A stretch of 61,722 nt of DNA, the filler included, from Choristocarpus tenellus KU-1152 (taxonomy: Eukaryota; Protista; Phaeophyceae), in assembly GCA_964200185.2 (NCBI GenBank). It is 10 parts of 10 records of this genome, joined end to end, with 100 filler letters (N's around TTAATTAATTAA, not from the genome) between each part and the next. Parts side by side here need not be neighbours in the genome. Positions count along the whole stretch, not along the records: positions 17,949 to 27,926 come from CAXNAD020003228.1; positions 28,027 to 31,943 come from CAXNAD020017163.1; positions 32,044 to 35,328 come from CAXNAD020021042.1; positions 35,429 to 38,130 come from CAXNAD020025505.1; 6 more parts are not named here. The stretch is one strand, 5' to 3'. Both the position numbers and the translations under genes were made by a program. Below the pieces are notes generated by a model. That model was given only the letters and a program-made list of their open reading frames with translations. It did not search any database and was not told where the DNA came from. Of this stretch, positions 24,748-36,172 are shown in pieces (position 1 is the first letter of the stretch; the number at the start of each line of letters is the position of its first letter).

Positions 24748-27700
24748 ATGTCCTTCATCTCTGGCACCTCGGGAGATGTTGCGCGAATTAACGTGGTTAA
24801 TGGGAAAGATGATAGGTAGGATCCTTAAGCTGCTCAAGGTTTCTCTGACATTTACTGAGATTGCTATAGAGAAATATAACATCTTCCTTTATTGGACCCT
24901 ACAACTCTTTTTGGTGCACTTTCCATCCCACGTCCACTGGTTGGCAACTGCCCACTATGGAACAGATGGGAATTCTTAGAATCGAAGTGGTTACTTCTGC
25001 TCAAAGCTCTGTACTCAATACTAGATGAACTGCGTCGCAGTGAGGAGATGGTCCATGAGGTGGAAAGGTGCACTGGCGAGTCACACCTACGACCTGGGAC
25101 TACCACACCGGAGTTGAGGTGGGTCATTCGACACCACAACAGTAGCGTGCGCCACCCTATCCGGTTGGACAGGACTTAGGGTGTTACCGTGTGGGGTTCA
25201 GTGCATTCAAGACGACTTGAACTCATCCCACACCTCTCTACCTGTTCGCTGCTGACAACGGTAGAGTCTCTCAGGGCCATCCTCAAGCACCAAGGGGCCT
25301 ACTTAGCCTACGCGACTACACCGTGATCCATGTAGCTCTTGATATCGTCGTGTGCTGGGGCATAGCACCGTTGCTTCAAAATGGGGTGGGTGCATTTGAG
25401 GTAGCCCAGCGCCCGCGATCCAAGGCAGTCAAAGTTGACCGCAAGCTACTCCTCTGGGGAGCTGATTACCATCAGCGCCGTTTTGGCAAAGGCAGGCATA
25501 GCACTGATAACAGTCATCGTGATGGTGACATTGATGCTAAGATTTCAGAAGTGGAAAAGCTGAGGCAACTATCTTTGTGTGCTGATGCTGTGCAGGGAGT
25601 GGTTATGTCAGACCAATTCATGCCGATGTTGCTGCCTCACTATCTCCCTGACATACTGGCAGCACGACTGCAGTTGGCCTTTGGGACCACTGTATCTAAT
25701 CCGCTCAAACCAAAGGGAGGGACAGTACCGCAGAGGGTAACTCAGGAACTGTGTTTCGCACAAGCCACAGCAGTGAATGATTTGGCTCTTCCTGCTTCCA
25801 CCTGCTCTCAAGATGCGGCAAAGGTAGCTTTACAAGGCATCACTAAGAAAGTTACCCCACAGTTGGTCATGGGGGCATTGCGCCATCTCCTCTCGCGTGG
25901 CAAGATGGCCCCAGCCTGGCTCCGGCGTGAAGCAGGCCGAATCCTATCTGAGATTGTAATCCAGCCAGGGGGGGTGCAGGCAACATTAGAGGTTTACCTC
26001 GGAAGCACTGGAGCGGGAGGTGGAGAAGAGGACACACGGGCGGGGGTTCGGGTGGCTAGGGTGCTTGCTGCAGCACCCAGGAGTGTTCCTCAAAAGGTAT
26101 ATGTGACAAAGGTCTCACCACAATTGGTGGAGATGCTGCACTATGATGGGCAGCAAAGGATCACCATTACAAGGTCAGCTCCTGAGGCCAACCTCCCCTC
26201 TGACCGAATCTTGCAACTTGTGTGGGGAATGTTTTGATTTTTTTATTTCACCCAGATGTTATTGAGCGTTTCTCTGGAGCTGGAGCTCTCAAGGGGGGAT
26301 TTAAGCGCATGCTTGAAGCTCGAAAGCCTGTGGTAGACTTTTGTACCAGTTGATTTGGTGATGACGAACATATTATCTGTATGCCAAGGGGAAAGAGGGG
26401 AATTTCGAGCATTGCAGCAATCACACTGCGTCTTGTAAAGCGTTGGCAAAAATGTATCATAATTTTTTTTTCTATCAACATGTGTGCTTCCTCTCTTCCC
26501 CCCTCCCCCCAAAATTGATGTCATTGTATTGTTACTTCTCTCGAAAAGAGTTGTTGTGGTGATTATCGGCAGGTTTGCTGAATCCATGCCTCAGAACACC
26601 ATGGATCTCATCCTCCTCCCCCTGCTGCAGCCCCTCATGGTGTTTTGGGGGCCAATGGGGCTGCCCCCAACTGACCCTAGACCAAGTGAAGGGAGGCAGC
26701 AGGACATGAGCACTGTGATCAGCTCTTTTCCAGGTGCTCATTCAGGAGAGGAAGGATGGACAGAGGTAGTAGAGGAGGCCACACTAGGCAGATGCCTTGA
26801 GGACCTGGAGAAGCTTTTGACAGCGGCACCCCCACCTCCATCAATGCTTGGATTGTTCTCAAGGATGAGGGTTACCGTTCCACTTTTCTGCCTTTATTGC
26901 TTCTGCAAGAGGTGAACTTTGAATCCATTTAGACCTAATAAACCCTCTTGTGCTTTTTGTCAGTCCTTCTCTGCCCCACCTCCCCCACTCTGTTTTCCTA
27001 CAAGACCCATGATAGATGGACCTAGCGCCCGTGACCAGCTTCCCTGTGACTGTGCTTGCTGATTGAACTGTGTATGTAAGGAGGTCCTCTCTTCAAAGAC
27101 ATTTCATGTACCTTTTTCGCATTTTTTTTTTTCAAGTGGTTTTAACTTTAGTGTAAGAGCCATGCTTTAGGTAAAATTATCTGTTCACAACCAGTGACAT
27201 GGACATGATCTGTCTGATGCAGGGTGACAACACCTGGGTTCGTTTTGGTGGAATGAAAAATGTGACACAATGAAACACTGATGCTCTGTTGCTCCCAACA
27301 ACCGAAAAGCTCCCTCTAATGCAACGCTTACCTCTTTGACCCCCCTCCGATCCCCCTCGAGGTCAAACTCTCACATTCTCAAGAGCGTTGAGATGTCACT
27401 GCTGGTGTTAATCTCCTCATCATCTGCACCGTCCGACCTTCTCCAGAGCCTACTCCCCTTGCGAACAGGGTGGGAGGAGGATGAGGTCGACTTCTTCCTC
27501 GGTGCCTCAGGTGGTGTTACTCTCCGCGTCAAGAATAGGATAGGGAAGGGGTTTTCCAGAACAGAAGGCGCATCACCGTCTGACAAAAGTCTGCTAGGTG
27601 TGGAGACCCTGCTGAGGGGAACCGGTCAAGCCGAGGAAACCCTGCAACTTGTGGGGGACGTGGTGCCTGGTCTTGGCAGCAACCGCAATGCTGAAGCTGG

Positions 27701-27926
27701 AGGGAGTACGGGGGGGAGCTTGGTGAAGGAGTTGGCTGCATTAGAAGAGGCAGAGTGGAGGGCACGATGCTTGGCGGATATGTTGGAAAAGCTGGGAAAT
27801 GAAAGCTCTCTGGCAGGCAAGGTGCGCGGACTTGTTCGTAATAGTGGAGGCAAGGCCTGGCTGGGGGAGGGTTTTGTGGGGGGGGGCTGTTGTGAAACAA
27901 AAGAAACCATTTTGTGGACATTCTAG
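24748..27926 (+). CDS. TANGO6: TANGO6/TMCO7/RTP1-like ARM-repeat protein, multi-exon, 3' end truncated by spacer
   Basis: LLSLRDYTVIHVALDIVVCWGIAPLLQNGVG, YLPDILAARLQL, PAWLRREAGRILSEIVIQPGGVQATL, YVTKVSPQL, and FFLGASGGVTLR in ORFs 25323, 26484 and 27336. Confidence 0.75.
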
Positions 27927-28324
27927 NNNNNNNNNNNNNNNNNNNNNNNNNNNNNNNNNNNNNNNNNNNNTTAATTAATTAANNNNNNNNNNNNNNNNNN
28001 NNNNNNNNNNNNNNNNNNNNNNNNNNATGATCTGTTGTCCCACACAACGAGTTATATTATTGTTTATTAGCTTGTACCACAGTTGAGAAGAGAGTGAGAT
28101 ACCTTCATTAGGTGGGGCTCACCAGTCCTTACATTGAATGACTCAGAATACCAAATGACTCAACGTTTCTCTAGTACACGTCAGAAACACTCCGACTCTA
28201 ATAGTCCGCCTATTACTTCTGGTCAAATACCCTGCCTAAACATCCTGAATGTCCTGCATTATCTTCTGTGCGTACATAAAATAATACTTCAAATTATATT
28301 CTCACAAATGGTCAAGCATAATCT

Positions 28325-29420
28325 TGACAAGTGCATTAGGGTTGTTGGAAGTTTTAAATCCAATTATATCCGTACTTACAAATGAAAAAAAATACAAATC
28401 ACATACTGAATTGATATTGTTTTCAATGTTCCGAAACCAACTTTGTTTGAGCTCCGGGCTATCCGTGGGACCACCCTGAGATCCATGATCCTGAAAATCC
28501 GTGTATTACGGTTTTCGGAAGTTGTAAATCCGATTATATCCGTACTTACAATTTTTTAAAATACAAAGCACATACTTCAATGATATTGTACGTTTCCAAT
28601 GTTCCGAAACCAACTTTGTTTGAGCTCCGGGCGATCCGTGGGCTAACCCTGAGATCCATAATCCTGAAAATCCGTGCATTACGGTTTTCGGAAGTTGTAA
28701 ATCCGAATATATACCCGTACTTACAAATTTTGAAAGTACAAAGCACATACTTCATCCACCTTGTACGTTTCCAATGTTCAGAAACCGAAAGCTAAAAAAA
28801 ACTGGCACCCTCAGATTTTTTGAAGTACAAAATATAAAATGGTTGGACATTTGCATTCTTAAAAATACTAGAGACGACAAAATGCGATTCCTTGAACACC
28901 CAAAACATGTGCAATAGGATTTTTAGAAATCGTAAATCCAGTAATAACCGTTCTTACAATTTTTGAAAATAAAAGCACGCACTTTATGGGTTTCACACGT
29001 TTCCAATTTTCAGAAACTAAAAGGTCACTTCCAACTCGTACCCACAATTTATTTAAATACTAAAACCGCTTTTTGGCGACTTTAGTATTCTTAAAAATAC
29101 TAGAGACGACAAAAAAGCGGATCTAGAGTTTTAAAGATCCGATCGGATCTATAAAACTATTGAAGAGCCAAAACACGTGCGTTAGGGTTTTTACGAAATA
29201 ATAATAATATTCTAATCTTTACATCAACAAATAAAAATAAAAACCACATCCTTCATTGATCCAATACGTTTGAAACGTACGAAACGAAAAGGTCACAAAA
29301 AACTGTTACTCTCTGCCTCTTTCCAATATGAAATCGTATGCTGTTCGATATTCGTATTTTTTATAACACAATTGTCAACGGAAAGACAAATCTGAGTTTT
29401 TAGGACCGACTGACCAGATG
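28325..29420. repeat. Tandem array: two near-identical ~173-bp units followed by about three progressively diverged, longer units
   Basis: caatgttccgaaaccaactttgtttgagctccggg..ccgtggg..ccctgagatccat.atcctgaaaatccgtg.attacggttttcggaagttgtaaatccga at ~28425 and ~28597; related ttcttaaaaatactagagacgacaaaa at ~28856 and ~29088. Confidence 0.9.
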
Positions 29421-29532
29421 AAATAAAGCAGCACCTAGCATCCCTCAGTCCTCATTTCAATTCATTCCCTTCCATACATACCATGCGCATCTGTTATTTA
29501 TCGGTCCCCGTCACACCCTCCCAACCTTCACC

Positions 29533-31943
29533 ATGTCCAGCTTTCGCTCAACAACAACCCACCTGCCCGCCGATGGCGCTGCCCACGGATCAAGAACGTG
29601 GGACAGCAATCTGAAGGGCATGTCTTCGCTCCTAGAACATCACTACCTCGGCACGTACCGGATGAAACTCGGCAACAGGCCCAAAGTATCTGGGAGGGGG
29701 TGGCGACTTTCCATTTGGGGTCAATTTTTTCATGTCGCGATTTTTAGGTGATTTGGTTGCATACGTCGGATGGTTACTGTAAATGCACTTTTCGTCATTT
29801 TGACCCAAATGGACACCCTGGTGTCGACCACCCCCCCCCTCCCAGATACTTTGAGTCAACATCACATGCACGGAGATAGTGCGTCCCCTGAGTGAGCGTG
29901 GCCTTGCGCGCGTCAGCAAGTCTATCCACGAGAAAGGCTGACTGGAGCAGTTTGCTCCCTCTGTAGTAATCCAGCGAGACTGTTTAGGGAATGGGGACCA
30001 GCTCACCGCCGAAACTGTGCTTGCCATTCAAGGACGTATATTGGACGGAAACCATAGAATAACGGTGCTGAAGAGAGAATTTGATCCCGAACGCGCTTTC
30101 ATGATGCGGGTCTACATGGAGTTCAACCAAGTAGAAGAGAGTCTAATTGCCAACGGTGGGTGATGGAGTGTTGTCGTTGTTCCCTGATCGCCTGTCTATT
30201 CTGATCAACTAAGCAACAAAGTGAGTTGAGTGTTTTCGTTGTTCCATGATCACCTGGTGACTCTTCTGATGTACGAAGTTGTTGCCGAGTTTCCTTTGTT
30301 TGGTTCATCGTCAGTCAGCCCATTGAGGATCTTTTTGTTGTTGATCTTTTTTATCCCTTGTGGTCTTTCTGTCCACAGCAACCTGTGGCTCAGTACTGCC
30401 TGCTGTGTGTGTCCAGCGACCGCTTCCCACCTACCCCTTGTCCCATTCGCCCACAACACCGTGGGACCACGCTTATAGCATTCAACGGCGTGACCGAGAG
30501 TGTGGTTGAGCACACGCTGTACGATAAGATATATTTTCAGCACGAGCTCCAAGAAGCTATCAAGTGACAGACGAAGAAAAAAGAAGTGTCACTAGTAGAG
30601 ATCCGCAAAATGTACAAAAAGGTGAGGGAGTTGTCAATGTTGGTGGGATGGTGGCGCTCTACTCCTCCTCTAGTTGGGTTAGAGCTGTTGTGAAATCTCT
30701 CTGTGTCCTCCTATTCAACCTAAGTTGAGATATTTATCCCACGTTTAGGAACCCTGTCAACCAACTTATTGATTTTCGGGTGACCATGTAGTATGTATGT
30801 GTGGTTAACCACAGACGAACAATAAAAAGCTTCCTTGTTTGTTTTATCGACAGTGTTGCCTGAAACCCCCTCCCCCCCCCCCTCCCTCACTCATAATACC
30901 CCATTGCCGTGGTAATAACGATGCCTCATCCTTGCTGGCTGGGTCCATAACATTTTCCGTTTTCTGCCCATCGCAAAGTTGGGCGTTCCTCCCCCGACGA
31001 AAACAACTCTACGCAACTGGCAGCAAGGCGTAAAGTACCTTCGGCCAGAGTCCTTCGAGGTACTGAAGGAAGTGTGTGAGACCTCGTCACCACAGGTCAA
31101 CCGCAACGCAATCACACTGAACTATCTGAGTCGCGAGGAGTTTGCTGGCTTCACTTCTCTCAAGCAGGGGCTATGCATCCATCTGCTTGCTAGGCAAGTC
31201 AAATCGCCACTCTGTTTTATCGTGTAGACAGCAGTAAGCGCAATGTGTGCAGGTCGCAGCACATTGCACAGGAACGTTCAATAAGTGTCTCTTACGTTGA
31301 AGAATGTAGTCGGCCATTGTTGTGTTGAACAAAGAACCCTTCGTAGTATTGTGGAAATTCTACGAACAGTGTGTGTTTCTTATGTAAGTGCACTCTTGTC
31401 TTTTCTGAACTACGACAATCGATCCATGAATATTTTCTGCAGTGGCGCCCCCTTCTGCGTATTGTTCTTGTTGACGTCCTTCATGGCCATTCTCTTTTTG
31501 CAGGTACAAGTCGTTCAACGGGAAGGTTCCTACGGGGCGGGACTACAAGGACATCGAATCGGACGCGCACATATCTGAGATGGTTGTCTCGCGCACCATG
31601 CAGATTGTGCCCAAGGAGAAGTGCACACCACAGCTCCAAAGGTTGGTAAATGGTGCAGTTGTAGCGGTTATCTTTTTTTTCCTTTTCCGTATCTCCTGTG
31701 CACCCATACGTTGACATGCGCCCCTCAATTGTAAAATATACTATCAGGGTCTTTTTCGGCACCGCACTTATTGATTGTTGCAAAACTGCTCTGAATTTCG
31801 GACATTAGGTGAATGTTGCACGGGCTGCCAGGGAAATGGACAGGCTCGCATATGAGAAGTGCAATATGCACGACCTCTGGGTCAAGCCCCACTACGAGGA
31901 GAGGAAGAGGGAGGTGGCCCAACTTCTGCAGAAGGTTTCATCT
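29533..31943 (+). pseudogene. Spliced ParB/Srx-like domain plus HTH gene, disabled by a MITE and two nonsense codons; exons 29533..30155, 30479..30621, 30979..31193, 31504..31644, 31809..>31943
   Basis: After excising MITE 29678-29857 plus one TSD the frame reads YRMKLGNITCTEIVRPLSERGLARVSKSIHEKG*LEQFAPSVVI...ILDGNHRITVLK...ESLIANAFNGVTESVVEHTLYDKIYF...VSLVEIRKMYKKLGVPPPTKTTLRNW; splice phases are consistent. Confidence 0.7.
29678..29857 (+). mobile_element. MITE family B, TSD AACA, inserted in exon 1 of the ParB-like gene
   Basis: ggcccaaagtatctggga ... tcccagatactttgagtc; AACA at 29674-77 and 29858-61; removal restores the reading frame. Confidence 0.92.
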
Positions 31944-32077
31944 NNNNNNNNNNNNNNNNNNNNNNNNNNNNNNNNNNNNNNNNNNNNTTAATTAATTAAN
32001 NNNNNNNNNNNNNNNNNNNNNNNNNNNNNNNNNNNNNNNNNNNGGAACGCAACAATAAAACACTTGTCCTAAGTCTG

Positions 32078-32250
32078 CCCCGAAGTTTCTGGGGGGGGGG
32101 GGGGGTCTACACCAGGGTGTCCATTTGGGTCAAAATCAGGAAAAATGTGTTTACATTATCCATCCGACGCAACTAAATCACCAAAAATCGCGACAACAAA
32201 ATATTGACCCCAAATGGACAGCCGCCACCCCCTGACAGATACATTAAGCC
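32078..32250 (-). mobile_element. MITE family B, diverged
   Basis: aagtttctgggggg..tctacaccagggtgtccatttgggtcaaaa..ccccaaatggacagccgccaccccctgacagatac. Confidence 0.78.
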
Positions 32251-32389
32251 TACCAACATCTATTGATACCCTGACTACATTTTTGTTACTAACCAACCTG
32301 GTACGTGTTAACAAGCGACATTTTTTTTTTTAACTCTGAGCAGATTTATTTAATTAATTCACGTGATGTTGCTGTCCCCCATTCGCCAG

Positions 32390-35328
32390 ATTATCAAAGC
32401 GGATCAGCTGGTCATCGCCAACAGCACCAGCAACGCCATGCGGGCCAAAGCCGACGGCAAACCTCTCGGCTTCGTGTTCATATCCGTAGACGCCGCGAAC
32501 CAGACAGCACACGCCTTCCCAGCACTTTACCCAGCTACCCACGGCGGTGACAGGTAACCACACGCATGCACAGTCCATCCGAGAAGATCTCTGCAGCCGC
32601 ACACGGAACAGAATAGACGACCATGTTTTATCCTACGGATGAGTGCAAAGTCCCAAGAAATAATCGCCATAACAAACGCACATAATTCCACTACCTATTT
32701 CGTTCATCATGATGACCTTTCTTTACATGCTCCTTTCGTTCATGTCCCCTTTATCAGGGGCTACTCCGAGCGCCAGAAGATCATGGCCGCACACGTCGAA
32801 GGCCAGTTCGCGGAGGTGTTCTCCACTCCTATCAATCTTGGAGGAGGTACGTACAGTAGAGTAGCGTAAGAGCTAATCAACGGGTAGTGGAGATCGCAGA
32901 CATGTACATCAGCCGTATGGGTGTATGTCCTCTACATTGCATAAACAAATTACATTACCCCTCTTTTTAGCTCCAAATAAACAATGCGTAAATGAGCAGA
33001 GTACTTTTTACCAACAGTTGTTTAACATCATTATTCGCGCGCAGGTTGTAACCTTGTCTGCACAGCCACACACCTTGCTCTCACAAGGCTTATCGACAAG
33101 TACCGCAACAGCCTCGATGACTCGGGGAATTGCATCATCCAGCACGCGCATTGGCAGGTAAGAAGGTTTCACCCTGACACGACCTGCTCAATACAGCCTT
33201 GCTGAATACTAGTCACCAAGTAACTAACTGCACGGTCTTTAGTCTTGACTTGTGTGTTGCAACCTGCATGTATGATGACGGTGATGTAGAGATTGCGCTC
33301 TAGCAATGCTGGAAACCTACCCTGTTCCTCCACGAAACGCGGCGAAATGGGCTGACATATTTGCCTCACGCCCATCCCTCCCTCGCTCCCAACTCCCCAA
33401 ACTGGCCAGGTCGACAACTGCGTCTCAGAGAACAAGAACAATTTCTTTCTCGAATACGCGGGGTTGTTGGTTGCGGCAAGTGTCATTCGTGTTGTCAAGA
33501 TACATTTTATGATGGTGGGGCACACGCACACAAAATCGATCAGATCTTCTCCAGGTAATTAGGCAAGATATATATGCAAGTTCGATAGCCCCATAGTGTT
33601 CTTATATGGACAGATACAGCCTCGAGCCTTGCAGCCCACGCTTGTTGCATTCCTGGAAGGTTTATGGTTGCACACTGTAATTGATCGATTGGCTTTTAAT
33701 TTCCCTACTACGAAATTTACCTATAAGAGTAGCTGCCTAAATTGTTTCGTAACATACTCTCTAAACAAAACAATGAACAAAAAATGTACGCATCACGAAA
33801 TTTTATATTGATTTTTCCATATACATGCATCAGATCATGTGCCTGCATATATATCCTGCTTATCCACTTTTCTTCTTTCGCCCCCGCCTCGAAATTAACT
33901 TGCTTGCATTTCACCTTCAGGTTCTCACGTGGAATAAAAGGCAAAAACTTATTCACCAGAACACATCTGGGTGAAGAGCTGCAGGCCTCCTACACGGAGG
34001 TTCCTGTATACGACAAGACCCTGCGGAACGAGGGCAATTTCAAGGGATCCCTTCGCGGTCGTGTCAACCGTGCCCCCAACATCACGAGCTACAGGGCTTT
34101 CCGCTTTGAAAAAAGCGGTGATGGGCGGGTGAAGGTTAGCGTTAAGCGATATATGCACAGCACCGAATGGAGTGGGATAGGCTGAGACCTTGCTATGGAC
34201 CCCAATGCCCCTCCGCAAGACCTCTTCATCGGCCACCCGCCTCGTATCCAAGATGCACCACCCTACCAGCTCAAGAGCGTTTCCAAAGACATCATCCTGA
34301 AGGTGGAGCAGCGGTACCAGGCGTCGCACGAGCGCCTCCCTGCTGCGTACCCACTGGGTAAGTCGATTTTTTTCGTGAGGGGAGTTGATAGCTAATTTTG
34401 GTATTCGGTGGCAGCCAAAAAAATCAGGTGCAAGTTTTGTACGAGGCAGCGTTTGCAGCCTTTAGAAAAAAAAATCTTGAAAAATATTGCATTATCATGT
34501 GTAGTGATCGCCGCATGTTACAATAAAAATTACCATAGATTACTCCCCATAGATGTTTTGAGGGTACCGGTCTTGTACTCAACAGAGACGATTCCGACGA
34601 AGTATACACCATCCCTCTCACCGCATGCTCCCCGAGCGCATTCGTGAAACCTCACGCCAGGTAACAAAGTAACATTCATACATCCATACCGTTGATGTCC
34701 TCATGCTCATGTATTCCACCTTCGCAGATGATGAAGTCGTTCAGAGAGCGAAACACGAGCAAATCGAGTCTGTGCGACTTCTCCAAAAGACAGGGGAACG
34801 ATATTTCGACCTCCCAGTCCATTGGCTTCCCACCGATGACAATGGCGCTGGAACTAGCACCGGCGACGTCGAAGACAATGACCAGGGCGAACGTTCGGGT
34901 GGGGGGGATAATTTCGTTGATAGCGATAATGATTTCGGCGGGCTCGAGGAAACACATTCTTCCTCATTGGACAGTGACAAGGAAGAACCTGGCTCCCGTC
35001 GACGGGGTTGGCTTCGTACTACGTTGACATCGGGGAACCATGGAAACCTAGTCTCAGTGCAGGAAGGCAGGTTTTCCTTTTTTGTGGCAACGGAGGCGCC
35101 GCTCTTGGTCGGCAAGATCCTAGCGGAGTGCATCGGCGAGGATGGGGAGCGTGGGGTGGATATTCACTGGCTTCGGCCAACCAGTGATAACACACGTGAC
35201 AACGCCGCAACCCTAACCCTTGAGAAATATGGCAAAAGTAGTTTTGTAGAAGGCTGGGTGCACGCTGGTGATAGATCCGGGCGAGGTGGGAAACAGAAGC
35301 GAGTTAAAGACGTTAGCTGGGAACCCGT
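32390..35328 (+). mobile_element. Sola-type DDD transposase gene, at least 6 exons (32390..32553, 32758..32846, 33045..33157, 33410..33554, 33921..34357, 34728..>35328); one premature TGA at 34183
   Basis: Spliced product contains FVFISVDAANQ, GGGCNLVCT, QVDNCVSENKNNFFLEYAGLLV..HFMMVGHTHTKIDQIFSRFS, the DNC.xxNKN / GHTHxxID.xFS signature of Sola-like transposases; all introns GT-AG and in phase. Confidence 0.82.
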
Positions 35329-36172
35329 NNNNNNNNNNNNNNNNNNNNNNNNNNNNNNNNNNNNNNNNNNNNTTAATTAATTAANNNNNNNNNNNNNNNN
35401 NNNNNNNNNNNNNNNNNNNNNNNNNNNNATATAGATTGTGTGCCGCTTTTTTAGGGCATACACAGGGGTGAACAAGATCGGGGTAGGTACTGTATTATCC
35501 CGCTTCATCTTCACTACGTGTCGAACCGATCCATAATATCCGTCCAGTGGAGTGAGTCAAACATTTTCTAACTTATCCAAGACCAACAACTGTAGTAACA
35601 GTGGATATTACTGTACTAATGTATGTTGGGCAGCCGCGCTGTATCTAGAACTCTCTAATTCAGACCATGTACACGGGCAATTATGCCGGTCTGTGCCTGC
35701 TCGCCGGCCAGTCTAACTTTTTTCTGTTGTGTCCGGACCATGTCCGCTACATGTTGTATTAGTCCATATAATCAAACATTTAAACATGCCTGGGGCATGG
35801 GTCAGCCTGCGCCTGGATGTCCGACAACAGTGGACATCCTAACAGGCTCGCCTGGTGAAAAATCCCAGAAAGTTCAACACATCAACAGAATTAGGTGGTA
35901 TTTGGGTTTGTTTAACCTGATTATGTGCTTGACTCCTAGTAGTAGTTGTCTGGGTTGATCTCCACATTGGGTCAAAGTATCTCGGGGAGGGGGGGGGGAG
36001 GGGGTCGGCGTCTGTTTTTCACACATTTTTCGATTTTCACTTTTTTGGTGTGATTTAGTCGCACGTGTCGGATTTGAAATGCCAGCAAGAAAAAGAGTTG
36101 CTTGACCGAAACCACGACTTCCGACCAAGATCAAAAAGAAGATCTGATCAAAGAAGAGTAAGATTAAAAGAT

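Noticed and set aside
28325-29420. CRISPR-like array
   Set aside because: Units are ~173 bp and similar along their whole length; no unique spacers and no cas genes.
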